Source: Oculina patagonica
Taxonomy: Eukaryota
Reading direction: 5' to 3'
NCBI RefSeq assembly: GCF_052425735.1
Contig: NC_135762.1
Location: 26,164,001-26,228,000, forward strand
DNA length: 64,000 nucleotides
Part shown: piece after piece, positions 25,359 through 37,921 of the stretch
Numbering within the stretch: position 1 is the first letter of the stretch
Layout of the letters: each line of letters begins with the position of its first letter
The notes under the pieces: generated by a model
Told to the model about the DNA's origin: nothing
What the model saw: the letters and a program-made list of their open reading frames with translations, nothing else
Database searches by the model: none
Made by a program: the position numbers and the translations under genes

Positions 25359-25936
25359 GAGGGGGGTAAATAGGTTCGCGGATCGACGGATTTAGCCTTA
25401 AAAAGCGCACAGATTGTGGATTTTTGCAAAATCTTGAGCAGATTCGCGGATTTCAAAAATACAGCGGATTGCGGATTAGCTGAGAATTTTGGGGCGGATT
25501 TCGGTCTCTTCATGTCAGGAAGTTCGGATTGTGGATACCAAATGGCGTTCGGATCACTTTGTTCGGTGGTAGGTATGTTGGCGGAAATAGGTAAGGTAAG
25601 GTAAAGTCTTTATTTAACGAGGGTAGCACTAAAATAGCATAAAAACACTAACAAACCAGTGGCCCTCAATAATTATTTACAATAAAATATAAAAATACTC
25701 AGAACAATACGAATATTAAAACTATGGATGAAATGTCGCAAAAGCAAGCAATGAAAAGAAACTTCTTAAAAAATTGACATGAAAACAACATTTACTGTCC
25801 GTTGGAGTGAAACTATACCACACAAAGTTTTCAAGTAATGTGGATTCGGACTTGAACGAAAATAGTGACGGATTGACGGATTTAGCCAAAAAATAGCACG
25901 GATCAGCGCATTTGCGTACCCCTATTCACCCCGCTC
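25359..25936. mobile_element. MITE about 160 bp upstream of the SUGT1 ATG, with a nested LINE-like 3' end near 25590
   Basis: GAGGGGGGTAAATAGG / CCTATTCACCCCGCTC termini flanked by TTTATA on both sides; CGGATT repeats. Confidence 0.65.
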
Positions 25937-27940
25937 TTTATAGGACCAAAAGAAATGCTAAAACAAACCTGCTGCAGTATAAAAATGGTGATTTTCCGCT
26001 AAATTGTAGCGTGTAATGTCTATGTTGTAGTTTATAATGATTTCAGGTCAAAATTTCAAACTAGTTTTATCTTCCTTTCAGTTCTCGATCCGCTAACCAG
26101 CTGTTTGAAATCATTTTGATCTGAAACAGTTTTTGAACTACAACATCTACATGGCCGAGTCATAGTCCGGGAAAAATGAATCATCAAAACAAATTTAACT
26201 GAAATTATTTGTTTTTCGTGGCTGCCTCTTTCTTCTTTCAAATGATAGAATTTGTAATCACAAACTGGTCTGTCAATGTACAGAAGATTCCGAGAATTCT
26301 CTCGGTTATGGTATAAATAGAAATAGCTTTCAACACTCAGAATATCGCTTGTTTTCTCAAATGTGCTACAAGCCTAGCAAAAACGTTTGGGGTACTTTCT
26401 CTTTCTTTATGAAAACAGCAATATAATTTACACAAACAACCTCCCTCCTCCACCCCCTTCCCAAATAATGTTGAGTGAAGATATAGGCCTTTTAAAAACC
26501 ATACCTATTTAAAGCTTTAACTTACGCACAATTAATTTCCAGTTTCATTTCTTGCTATCACGAGCACTATTTCTTTACAGGATAGTGTGAGAGTGGGAAA
26601 TTTAGAATGACAGTAAGCCACCCCTTCTCACGTACCTTTAGGGCAAGTTAAAAAAACAAAAACAAATGTTTCTCGTCCGGAATTCTATAAAAAATAGATC
26701 GGGCGGGCGCTATTTTTGTTATTTTTTATTTATTATTTTGTTGCATTCCTTACCTGTGTTGTTAGAATATCGATGTTTTTCCCTCCATCGTCAAATCCTC
26801 CGGAAGCGACCTATCCAGTATGGACCTAGCGGACCAAGGCTTTAAAATTTTGGCCTGAGTTCGTGCCATGCTACAGAATTTTCAATTACGTACAAAGTGG
26901 AAGTAACGCCTGTTGGGTTTTGTTCGTTCCAACGTTTTCAAAACCAATAATAAAAAGAAAGAAACGCGGCCCCAGAAAATGAAGCGTGCGGAAACGAGAA
27001 ACATTTGTATGTTTTTACTTGGCCTTATCCGTCGGATAATATTAAGACTACCTCTATTGTTTTAAAGGGTAAACGCATTTTTAACGTGTACTGTTTTTAG
27101 AACAAGTGGTGTGTATCTTTTCCGAGTGCTAAGGTTCGACTGTTATTGTAGCCTACATCACAGCCGTTATTTATTGGGAGGAGAAGCGTAGTGGCTGTTA
27201 AAGAGACTGCTGTATCTGATGCATATTACATGTCTACCCTGATTTGACAAAACGTGCATTTCGGGATCCATGCCTGAAGCCGAAGTCAGTCGGTCTTCAA
27301 GCTTCTCCCTGCGAAAAAATTGAGGTCGGGGGGAGTGGGGAATCCACTTTCGAAGCTTGTGCCGGGTAACTCAGTCAATGACCTGAAGCCCTAGGAAACC
27401 CCGAATCAGGTCGTGAATTGCTTACTTGCTATAGAGGGGTGGGGAAAGTCAGGTTTTGGTCACTTTCAACAGAGACTTTGCTTCACCAAACTATCATGGT
27501 ATTCTTCATGATTGTGAATTTTGGCAGCTGAATTCAGCTGCCTGCAACCCTGTGACACTTTGGCTGTGATCGAGGATGGCAAACGTTATTCATATTCACA
27601 CTTTTCTTTTGTTGTCAACCATAGCTCCATTTAATAATATAAGAATTAAAACAACATTCCGGAATGTGCTTTAAAGTTCCTTGCCTTTTCAACTAACCTA
27701 TAATTATTCTTCTGTTCAGGTCAGTGGCTAGTTTACTGACTTCATAGTAGACCCATAGTAACTACATTTTAGTGTAGTAAACTTTATTATTATCATCTAA
27801 CTACGACATTTCTTCTCCATGCAGCTATGGACGTCACGTGATCTTTTCAATATGTCGATGACTTCCGTCTTCACGTTCCCAGGAACCGCGCCTTGCAATC
27901 ACGTGACTTTCAGATCGAGTTGCCGTCTACCAATAGAAAA

Positions 27941-28954
27941 TCACGTCATGTTCAATTCTGCCATTGAAATCGCAACTTTCCTTCTTCTAAACAAGGAACA
28001 GCGCACAGTTTTTAACAGTTGTATAATTTCCCCTCTCACCTCCCTGTTAAAAGCGCCATAGAGTATTGGGCTCACTGCGGCCGTGCTGCCGACCACAATG
28101 CTGTAAAGCACATACACAAGGCGCGGCGCGAAATATTGTCCACAAAACACTCCCATTAGATCAATGACGTAAAATGGAGTCCAAGAAAATGTGTATGCAA
28201 ACACCATAGCAAACAATATTTTCGTGATTCTTATATCCCTGGCGGATATTCTGTTACCGCTGGCTAGTCCTGTCTCGGGACGCCTTAGTTGTGCGTTGTG
28301 CAGTTTCACTTTTTGGTAAATCTTGAAATACGAAAATGAGATGACGATGTATGGAAATTGAATATTGAAGAAACCAGTTAGAAATGCGTGGACCAGATTC
28401 AACTTTTCCACATCGAAAATACAGATTCCCTTGCCAGAATGGAACTCAAAACTGTTTCCAAGAAGGACGTATGACAAAGGAAAATTTGCCGCCAAGATCC
28501 ACGACACAGCAATCGATATGTAAACGTTCCTTCTTGTAAAGTATCTCCGATGAAGGTTCGATTTGACCATGAGGAAGTATCGATTTATCGCTATTAAAGC
28601 CATGGCATAAATAGACCCGGTCGCTAGCATAGCTGTTGCAAAACCTACAAATTGGCAAGACCCATCACCAAATGTCCATTTTCCAGTGATAATCACGTTT
28701 GGAAGAAAAATCAATACGCAAAAAGATATTATCAACTCCAAGGCGCATAAAGAAACGATGAAATAGTTAGAGACAGTTCTAAGTGACGGAGTTTTGAATA
28801 TTGCCAACGATACCAGGAAGTTGCCAGCCAGTCCGATCAGACCCACTAGAAGTACCACAGTGAATTCTATAAAGATCTCGGCTTTGCTTCTTGTTGCTAG
28901 CTGTAAAGCGAATTCTTCAGTCAAGTTCTGCTGAGTTTTATCACCCTTGCACAT
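27941..28954 (-). CDS. Class A GPCR, melatonin-receptor-like, paralog A (337 aa)
   Basis: Seven TM segments; GN in TM1, AINRY, W4.50, SWTP, SPILY; intronless CDS. Confidence 0.92.
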   Translation of the reverse strand: MCKGDKTQQNLTEEFALQLATRSKAEIFIEFTVVLLVGLIGLAGNFLVSLAIFKTPSLRTVSNYFIVSLCALELIISFCVLIFLPNVIITGKWTFGDGSCQFVGFATAMLATGSIYAMALIAINRYFLMVKSNLHRRYFTRRNVYISIAVSWILAANFPLSYVLLGNSFEFHSGKGICIFDVEKLNLVHAFLTGFFNIQFPYIVISFSYFKIYQKVKLHNAQLRRPETGLASGNRISARDIRITKILFAMVFAYTFSWTPFYVIDLMGVFCGQYFAPRLVYVLYSIVVGSTAAVSPILYGAFNREVRGEIIQLLKTVRCSLFRRRKVAISMAELNMT

Positions 28955-29401
28955 TTTAATTTGTTTCTCCTCCTGTATTTTAACGCGATCTGTTTGAAAA
29001 AAACAAAGTAAAGGTATAAGATTACTGCAAGTGACAAAATAACTTGAATTGCTTTTAAAATTTTACAACAAAACACAAAACAAGGCCAATATTGAAAACC
29101 ACAAATTGTTGGTTCTTTCATAAAAATGAAAAAGCCTGGTAAAATTAAAGGCTTTTTACCTAACAAGTATTCTTGCATAAAGGGGTGCCGTTATCTAATC
29201 TCTTTCACATTTTTTTGGTTAGTAGTCATCACCAAAAGCGTAGTTTGGTCACCTTTGACAAAAAAAGCTCTCTGGGAACGACTGATCATCCATCAAAAGT
29301 TTGTCGTGTTTTGCGCAAGCTCTGTTGTGCGACTGTTTGAATGTAATTTGTTTTATCGCAAACGGTGGCCTATAAATTATAATCCTGATATAGCTAATAC
29401 C

Positions 29402-29550
29402 CAGCCTAGTCCCTAGGCGTTCTCCTCCTATCTCGGGCGAGCGCGAGGTCCACGTAAGGGCCTGGGAACGGGTTGGCGTGTCATTCGGTGACGTCACGAA
29501 ATTTCGCGCCAAATCGAGAAGCGGGAAGGGAACGCCTGGGTACTAGGCTG
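29402..29550. mobile_element. 149-bp MITE specific to unit A
   Basis: CAGCCTAGT..ACTAGGCTG; 9-bp TSD GCTAATACC; empty site at 44851 in unit B. Confidence 0.9.
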
Positions 29551-32427
29551 GCTAATACCTAGTTGGTCGGTTGTATAGTTGCAACTGAATACGGTATGAA
29601 AGCGAGGCAAATTTTTTCTTTGTATTGTCCCTCGCTTTCATGCTGCATTCGCTTCATTACGCACCAAATGTGGAAAGTCCCGGCCTGATGTGGGAAGTCG
29701 ATATCCGAGTCTTAATTTCTTCCTTGTAGCGTAATGGCATACACTTGAATGCTCGCTTATCAATTGTTCGATATTGGAAGCGTTTCTTAAGCACAGCATA
29801 ATGTCTTGGCATAATCAATTCATAATCAATTTAAATTCTCTTTGTCGATAAGCTTTCCCTCTGATAAAGGTGGCTCTGCTCGATTGTTTTGACTGCCGCG
29901 AACGCATTAAGAACATGCTCTTATCATGGTTTTGACCGGCGCTTGCTTCTAGTATTTGTTTTGTATTTTTTAAACTGTTTTAATAAAAACATGTTAGTAT
30001 GGCGGATATCTTAGCGGAAGAGTTACAGAATACGTGTATAAAAAATGAACTAATGATGACAACGCATACGCTCTGCATTTTAAATAGTATTTTCTAAATT
30101 TGCTCCTTTAGGATAGATTTGCAAAATTGGCTTCGTAATATTGTACTTATTTCAAATTTTGGAACCCTCTTACGCTATCAAGTTAGGCTACGAAAACGAT
30201 GAAGTGGTTCCTAAATTTAGCAAAAAAGTAGGTTCTCACCATTACAGAAAATAAAGTTTGGAAATTTTCTCCCTCTTTTTACGATCAACTTAATTAAGTA
30301 AACGAGAAGACTAAAATATGAAAATTATTCAGTTATACTGACTCTGAAATTATATATATGCCTTACTTGTGTGCTAATCAAGAAGGAACTAATTTAAAAA
30401 AAAAAAATGTTTAAAATACGGCTCTCGCTGGGACGTCAGTGTTTCAGTGATTCTCAATTTTTCAAATAATTATCATCTCCCCTATAACGCAGTCAAGGTG
30501 ACAAAGATAGTCAAAAGCCTTTTCTAGTTCGCAGTTGAATGCGTTAATTCAAAGTCACTTGCAAATTGATTTCTTTTATCAAATGAATGACGAAGTTTCG
30601 AAATGTTGTTTACATTGTTGTTTGACCACCTTTCATGTTACGGAAAGTCAAAATCATGCATGCTCTATCGTAAGTTAACCCCTAATACAGAACCCCTTTA
30701 ATTAAGAGACTTAGTTTTGTTTTTGGTTCCAGTTCAGTCTAAACAGAAGCCATTATAGTAATCAGAACAGGCTTATCCCCAATAAGAGTCAAATCCTGGT
30801 CCAAAGAGTGTTTGTTTTAAGCAAAATTCCGTCGCCTTTCTAATTGATTTTTTCCACTAAAGCACCATATAGAATTAATTAAAAAGCATATAAAATCAGG
30901 CTTGAGTTCTACGCTCCAAATTATTCTATATACGCGCGTTTGCATTGAGTCCGATCAGAAGAATTTCACATGATTTATTAGAGCACGGGATAATACAAAA
31001 TGGTCCAAAATATATTCTGCCATCTCAAGTTGACATGCAGACCCGTTTTCCAAGATCGGAGGGCTTTGTCATTCCAAAAATTGCAAGCTTTATCTTGATC
31101 TATTTTGATGTTTCAATTTTAAGATCATACTTAAAACCATTTTACTTACCTTATCCTATTTCGCCTTCCGAAAATCCTTGTCGATTTCAGACGCGTGCTT
31201 TAATCAGTGAAATATATCCAAAGTGAATCGAACGCGTCCTCGCATTCAGCGTATTTAAAACTACTTGAATTGTATTTCTCCTCTGTACCTCCGTTTCTCG
31301 GGGCCTCATTAATTTTTGATCATTCAAAAGCTCAACAAATTTTAATTACGTGCTACAATCGTTTGACGTCGTAGTGATGCCTTGAACCAAAATAAAAATG
31401 ATTAATTCGTAGTCCACTCTGCTTTCAAACACCTGTCACGAACGGCTATTATATTACATGACTGTTGCTAGCTTGACCAAATTAAAATGACAGTTAACAA
31501 TGGTAATCAGAAAAGAAAAAAAAGAAGAAATCAGAAACGGATTTAAACGCCATGTACATGTCACTGAGCGATCCTTCTCTGGACAACACAACGATACAAT
31601 TTTAAAACAAACCGATCCTTCAAAGAAATTGTTGCTCTTTCTATCTCTCGATTTGTTAATATCATCATTTATGATTTAATAAAATACTCATTGAGCAAAA
31701 CCAGTGGGGCTTATGAAAATAATAACTTTGTTGAATCTATTTTTTGTATTGTTTACACACCATACCTTATGTTGTGCTTTATGAAATGAAAAAGAAAGTT
31801 AAAGAGTACTTTGAATACGTTCTTATAAGTGTTAATTCTTTACAGTTTTTTTTTCTTGAAAACGTTTGTACTACTCCATCTTTGTGTTTTTCCATTATTC
31901 CGTCTAAATATTTTTGGTAATTACATGAAATATGTTAAACGTCCGAATGTAAATTTATTCTGGTCTGTGATAATTTTATAATTTTGTGCCAGACCACCGG
32001 CACAAACCCTTTCAATACTATCATTGGTATAGAAATAGAGAAAATCGTTGGCAACTAAAACGGCGTTGAGCTTGTAATGAGAATCAAATCGGTGCTAAGA
32101 GTTTGACTTGAGAAACAAACTGTTCTTTTCTGTTAACATTTAGTTGACGTCTTTAAGCTGGCTTCTTCACTGTTTGCTCAATCAGAAATTGAGCCCGAGA
32201 GGTGGAGCTGTCAGGAGTAAAGCCAATGAATTACGCGTAATGTTATCTCCTGCTTGATTGGCTGAGAAACAACTAAACATATTTCGAAACCTTTATCGAG
32301 TCCTGGGTTACTTACCATTAATTTTAATTAACCAAAAATCCCGGAAATTTCGGTTGGAAAACAAAAGGAACTCAACAGTTATTGTCCGGAAAATCCGTTC
32401 GAAAATTGTGAACCACGTTTTAAGATA

Positions 32428-32837
32428 CCGTATTTACTCGAATAAGCGCCGCGGCGCTCATTAAATTTTTCGCGCCTCGAATGCGGCGCTAAATCGAGGG
32501 CTGCGCTTATTTGAGGGCGGCGCTTATTTAAAATGTGGACGCAGCCAAGTTAAGAATCTTATCTTTTACAGTAATTGAAAATAGCGTCTTTTGATTGTCA
32601 GTATTCGTCTCTTGCTAAAGAAAGAAGTGGAGCTAGCTATCCTGGCAAAGTTAGAGGATTTCACAACATTTAGAGAACTACGTGTTGTAAGAATGTTGGA
32701 TAGAAAACTAATGGGCAAGCAGTAAAACAATCACTTAGAACTGCAAAACATCGCCTTTGTTGTTTTAGAGTTGTTTTGTAGTGCTGTTTTAAGTTAAACG
32801 GAATTCCTCGAACGAGCACCGCATCGGTACTGCGCCT
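32428..32837. mobile_element. pogo/Tc1-like MITE, left arm only
   Basis: TA-CCGTATTTACTCGAATAAGCGCC with GCGGCGCTTATT repeats; starts at the TA where A/B homology stops. Confidence 0.65.
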
Positions 32838-34227
32838 AGGTCTTTCCACAAGTTGCTCGAGATTTCCCCCCAAAAGTTGCCCGTAATTTCTCAAAAAGTT
32901 GCTCAAAAGTTGCTCCAAAAATCCAAAAAAGTTGCTTCTGATAATAAAAGTTGCTCGAAAGTTGGTCCAAAAAATCCAAAACGCTGCTTCTAATCACGAG
33001 AATTTCTCTAAATATATGCTAGTTTCTATTTGAGAGTAAGATTTCCAAGCAGTTTTATGCAATTTTACAGCAAAACAAGTATCTAAATAACAAATTAAGG
33101 GAAAAAATTTTAATTAAGGTCGCGCGGGACCCTTGCTCATTAATAAATTCATTAGCCAAATTTCTTGACGGAGTGCTATCTTGTAAAGCTTTAATTCACT
33201 ACATTTTGAACATTGATTCCTCTAAAATTTAACAAGGATATTCGGAGATGATGGAATTATATCATGATTGTCCTTATACTGAGAGGTGATCGTTGTCTGT
33301 GATGTTACAAGCCCTTAAAAGTTTAACTGCAGATAATGCGATTTTGTGTCCAAGTTTTCAGCTAGCACAGCGCACCGAATTAAATGATTATATAGCCTAG
33401 TGATAAATCATAACCCCTTTTGTGCTATGGCTGGAACGAAATTTTCGATTTCAAAAACTGCTACAAGTTAATGGCTTCTAAGAGAGCAAAAATGTGAAAT
33501 CTAAACTTTGAAACGTGCTATCTTCATTTTGAGAAGGAAATTTAAAAATTCGCTCTAGTCATAGCACAATAGAGTACATCAAGTTTATGTTCCCCGCGAA
33601 TCAACTCTTGAAATTCTATGTCGGCGGAGAAAACTTGGACACAAAATTGCAGGTTTAGAGGCTTCCGAAGACCTTCCGAATCAATGTTTACAACAACGTG
33701 TGATATAATTATTCAAAGCTGTGAATCTAATTATGATAATTCCCTATGTTCCAGCGCACGTGGCACAAAGCTGAGAACAATTACTAGTAATTACTTGTAC
33801 AAAAGAGTTTAAAAACAAACATTCTCATGAATATTTCGTTTGTTGTCGGCTTCAGTCGTCCGGCAGTTCGTGCATACTCTTTAAATAAATACATACTAAT
33901 GACTGCAAGGGTCCTGCGCGACCTTAACAAGGATTTCTTTAACTGAGAAAAATCGTGAAGATATCAATGACGTCATGTTTGCTGACGAGTTTTGTAATGT
34001 TTTAATGCAAAATGAGCCGAAAGTTGAAATGTCTTCAGAGGTTCCTCGAAAGTCTTCGGCAAACTTCGTAAATCTTCGGAAACGTTCGTATTGCCTTTGA
34101 ACAACACTCGGATAATCTTCGGAGATCTTTGGTCTGGAAATTGCTCAAAATGCAAGTTGCTCGAGAGGAAAAAAGTTGCTCGAAGGGGAAAAAGTTGCTC
34201 GAGAGGAAAAAAGTTGCTCGAAGGGGA
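32838..34227. mobile_element. AAAAGTTGCTC-repeat element, truncated; same family as 54592-55100
   Basis: Colinear with 54592-55060 and interrupted by the element at 33118-33923. Confidence 0.75.
33118..33923. mobile_element. Kolobok-like non-autonomous element
   Basis: TTAA-GGTCGCGCGGGACCCTTGC..GCAAGGGTCCTGCGCGACC-TTAA. Confidence 0.8.
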
Positions 34228-36772
34228 CATACGCAGCTTGGATTTACGCCATGATGAACTACCAGCACAACGTTCTCTAGGAGTCTTTTGGGATTTGGAG
34301 AGAGACGTATTTACGTACAAGGTATCGACGCCTGACAGACCCTTCACCCGTCGCGGAGTCTTATCACTGGTGAACTCAATCTATGACTCTTTGGGTCTAG
34401 CTGCGCCGGTCTTGTTGGAGGGCAGATTACTTCTTCAAGAGCTAGTAGCCATGGGCAAGAATACGACTGCCACTGCACCTCTAGGCTGGGATGACCCACT
34501 TCCAGAGGGTCCTGCGAACAGATGGAGGAGCTGGAGAGATGCTCTCCCAGACTTGGAGAAAGTCCATGTGCGACGATGTTATCACCCGAGAGAATTCGGA
34601 CCAATCACCAGAGCCGAAATCCATGCATTCTCAGATGCAAGTCAGCGAGCAATTGGAGTAGCCGTTTACCTCCGCCTGTTCAACGCCAGGCAGGAAGTGG
34701 CCGTATCCCTCGTATTTGGCCAGGCGAAGGTAGCGCCTATCAACCCCGTGAGCATTCCACGTCTCGAACTCTGTGGTGCCGTACTGGCAGCTCAAGCCGA
34801 AGACAAAGTTGCAAAGGAGTTAGATATGGCAGTATCGGAAGTGGTGTTCTACACCGACTCGAGGGTTGTCCTCGGTTATATTCGCAACGAAAGCAGAAGG
34901 TTCTATGTCTACGTTGCAAACCGCGTAGAGATCATACGCAAGATATCTAGCCCAGACCAGTGGAGGTACGTGGAAAGCAGCAACAACCCCGCTAACCTGG
35001 CGACACGCGGCCTACAGGCGAAAGACCTGACAGAATCGGGTTGGCTTAGCGGACCCGCCTTTTTAAGAAACGCGAAAGGCATCGCCCCAGTACTCGACGC
35101 CAATCACGTTTCCATTAGCGCAGATGATCCAGAGGTACGCAAGGAGGTCAAGACCTGTGTAACTAAACGACAGGAATCCGGTACACTTCACAAAGGAGTT
35201 TTCGAGACGTTTTCGTCCTGGCAATCACTCAGGCGCGCCATTGCAGTCCTTATTGCCAAAGTTAGGCGATTCAAGCGGAGGAACAAAGCAGACATAGCAT
35301 CTCAACGTGAGCCAGACCAGCGATTGTCACCAGAAGTAGTAACCCAGGCCACTAATATCATTATTAAGGCAGTCCAGCACGAAGGCTTTAAGGATGATCT
35401 TCGCACCCTAACAGAATCTGCAGCACAGAGTGGAGATGACCGTAACGGTGTTAAAGAAAGAAAAAGGTCACTGAAGAAATCCCATCTCTATCGACTGGAC
35501 CCCTACGTTGCCGACGCCGGAGTATCGAGAGTTGGCGGTCGTCTCCGCCAGACTAACCTCAGTTCAAAGGAGAAGCATCCAGTACTTCTACCAAAGGGAC
35601 ACCATGTTTCAAAGCTGCTGCTACGTCACTACCACGAAGAAGTCCATCATCAAGGCCGGCAAATCACCCATGGAGCCCTTAGGAACGCTGGATACTGGCT
35701 GGTGGGCGGCCATGGAGCCGTTGCAAGTCTAATTGGTTCCTGCGTGACATGTAGGAAACTCCGAGGTTCTATGCTAGAGCAGCGCATGGCAGACCTGCCA
35801 CCGGATAGAGCAGAGCCTGGACCACCTTTCACAAATGTAGGGTTCGATGTGTTTGGGCCATGGACGGTGCAGACCAGGCTAGGAGAGCACGAGGAGGAGT
35901 CGCAAACGCAAAGCGCTGGGGTCTTGTCTTTACATGCTTGGCCAGTAGAGCGATCCACATCGAGTTGTTAGAGACAATGGACGCCAGTTTATTTCTCTGT
36001 GCCCTAAGGCGTTTCCTTGCCATACGGGGACCTGCATTACGCCTGAGATGCGACAGGGGGACCAACTTCGTCGGCGCAAAGACGGAGGTTGATGAAGCCT
36101 TAGCGAACATGGAAACGGAGTCTATTGCTAAGTATCTTTCAGACCAAGGTTGCGAGTGGTTATTCAATCCCCCCCCCCCCCCCCATGCATCCCACTTTGG
36201 CGGCGCTTGGGAGCGTCAGGCGCATTCTAGATGCCATGCTGTTGGAGCTAGGGACAAGACAACTGACCCACGAGCTGTTGAATACCTTAATGTCAGAGGT
36301 TGCAGCGATAGTGAACGCCCGACCAATCACAGCCATACCGTCGGACGTCGACGAACCTCAACCATTGACACCAGCAATGTTGCTCACGCAAAAATCGCGC
36401 CCACTCGGCCCCCTTCCTGGAAGCTTCACGGCACAGGACCTCTACGCCAGACGACGGTGGAGAAGGATCCAATACCTTGCAGATCAGTTTTGGACCAGAT
36501 GGAGGCGGGAGTACGTCCACAACCTGCAAGCTAGGACAAAGTGGAACCAGGAGCGTCGGAATTTAACGGACGGAGACATCGTGACGATGAAGGACGATCA
36601 AGCCCATCGGAATAACTGGCCTCTCGGCAAGGTGGTGGGTGCAGTCAAAGACAAAGACGGGAGAGTGAGGAAGGCAGCAGTGATGGTCTACAGAGACGGA
36701 CAGAAGAAGGTGTACGAGCGACCAATCAGTAACCTCGTGCTGTTAGTTGCCTCTGACGATCCGTTCGCTTAA
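34228..36772 (+). pseudogene. Frameshifted BEL/Pao pol (RT end, RNase H, integrase, DUF5641-like tail)
   Basis: SLGVFWD, TRRGVLS, HAFSDAS, SIPRLELCGA, YTDS, VANRV, RVGGRL, HH-CC zinc finger, GFDVFGP, CDRGTNFVGA, FGGAWER, WPLGKV, ERPISNLVLL; spread over three frames with shifts near 35880 and 36170-36220. Confidence 0.9.
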
Positions 36773-37220
36773 ACGAATAAGCCAAGATTCAACGACTAAA
36801 GTAAAGACAAGGATCCACGAGGATCCTTGGGCGAGGAGTGTGGCGTTACTCACGCTAATTTCCGGACTTGACTTTTACCAGTTAATGTTATTAATCAGTT
36901 ACTATGTTATCGGATCATCTTTGTAATTCAACTTAGGTACGCCCTCGATCAATCTCGTAAAGTGATTTATCCTTCGTTCTGTCGTAATTTTCGTGTGTTT
37001 TGGAGTGTTTATCGGAGTATTTCTCTTGGAGTTTGGAGTAGGACTGTGTAAGTTTGATTTCCTGTGATTTTTCCTTTTGATTTTTTCTATTGTTGTACCT
37101 TATCCTGATCGCATCTCTATGTTGTAATTGTAGTTTTTCACCGCGTGCCACGAAAGTAAGAGAATAAAGGCAGTGTTAAAGTTAAAGCAAGAATCGTGGT
37201 TCTTGGTTGAAGCGGCGTTT
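34228..37220 (+). mobile_element. 5'-truncated BEL/Pao LTR retrotransposon
   Basis: pol remnant, polypurine tract GGGCGAGGAG, 3' LTR starting TGT at 36839 with AATAAA near 37163; right end approximate. Confidence 0.88.
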
Positions 37221-37921
37221 GACCCCTTTTCAAGTTTTAAGACCCCATTTTTCCTGCCCATCATATCCATTGCCACACTACTTTTTGACAATTTTCATGA
37301 TTAGTACAGTACGTTTTAGCAAGGCCAGGCAATCTTCATTGCATTTTCAAGTAGCACTAAAACATGGTGACACTGCCCCTTTAATTCACCTTGTGGACTG
37401 GTTCCAAAAGTCGTTTTTGGGTTGTAATCTATGCATGGGCGGCTTGGTTCATTTTTTCTCTTTTGTCGCCCATATGGCATTATTTTAATTACTTTCAACT
37501 CAGTTATAAGCTAAGAACTAAGGGTCTTATACTTGCCTATGTGTCTTGTTCCAAAGCCATTTATGGGTAAAAATCTATGCATGAAAAGCATACAACTTTT
37601 CTTGTATTGACACCCATAGCTCCATTTATAATATAAGCTTAACAACTAAAACCAGATTCCGAAACGTAACAGTCATCGTATCTTCCAGAATTTGCAATGC
37701 GCTTAAAAGTTTCTTGCCTTTTCAACTAACCTATTTTAATTTCTCTGCTCAAGTCAGTATCAGCGCTTGTTTACTGACTTCATTGTAAAATACATTTCAG
37801 TGACACCTATTCTCCATTCAGTTTTGCATGTCTCGTTATTTTTTCCGTCTTCACTATTCTGAGAAACCGCGCCTTGCACATCACGTGACTCTCAGATCGA
37901 CTTGTCGTGACCAATAGAAAT

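Larger units (their letters stand above)
27600..32427. repeat. Segmental duplication unit A (unit B is about 37600-47723, minus the LTR insert)
   Basis: GPCR plus about 3.4 kb upstream is colinear with 37600-39030 and 44506-47723. Confidence 0.9.

Noticed and set aside
33982-34025. CTGACGAG..CCGAAAG as a hammerhead (also near 54847)
   Set aside because: No stem II closes before GAAA and no stem I or III pairing exists; it lies inside a repeat element.
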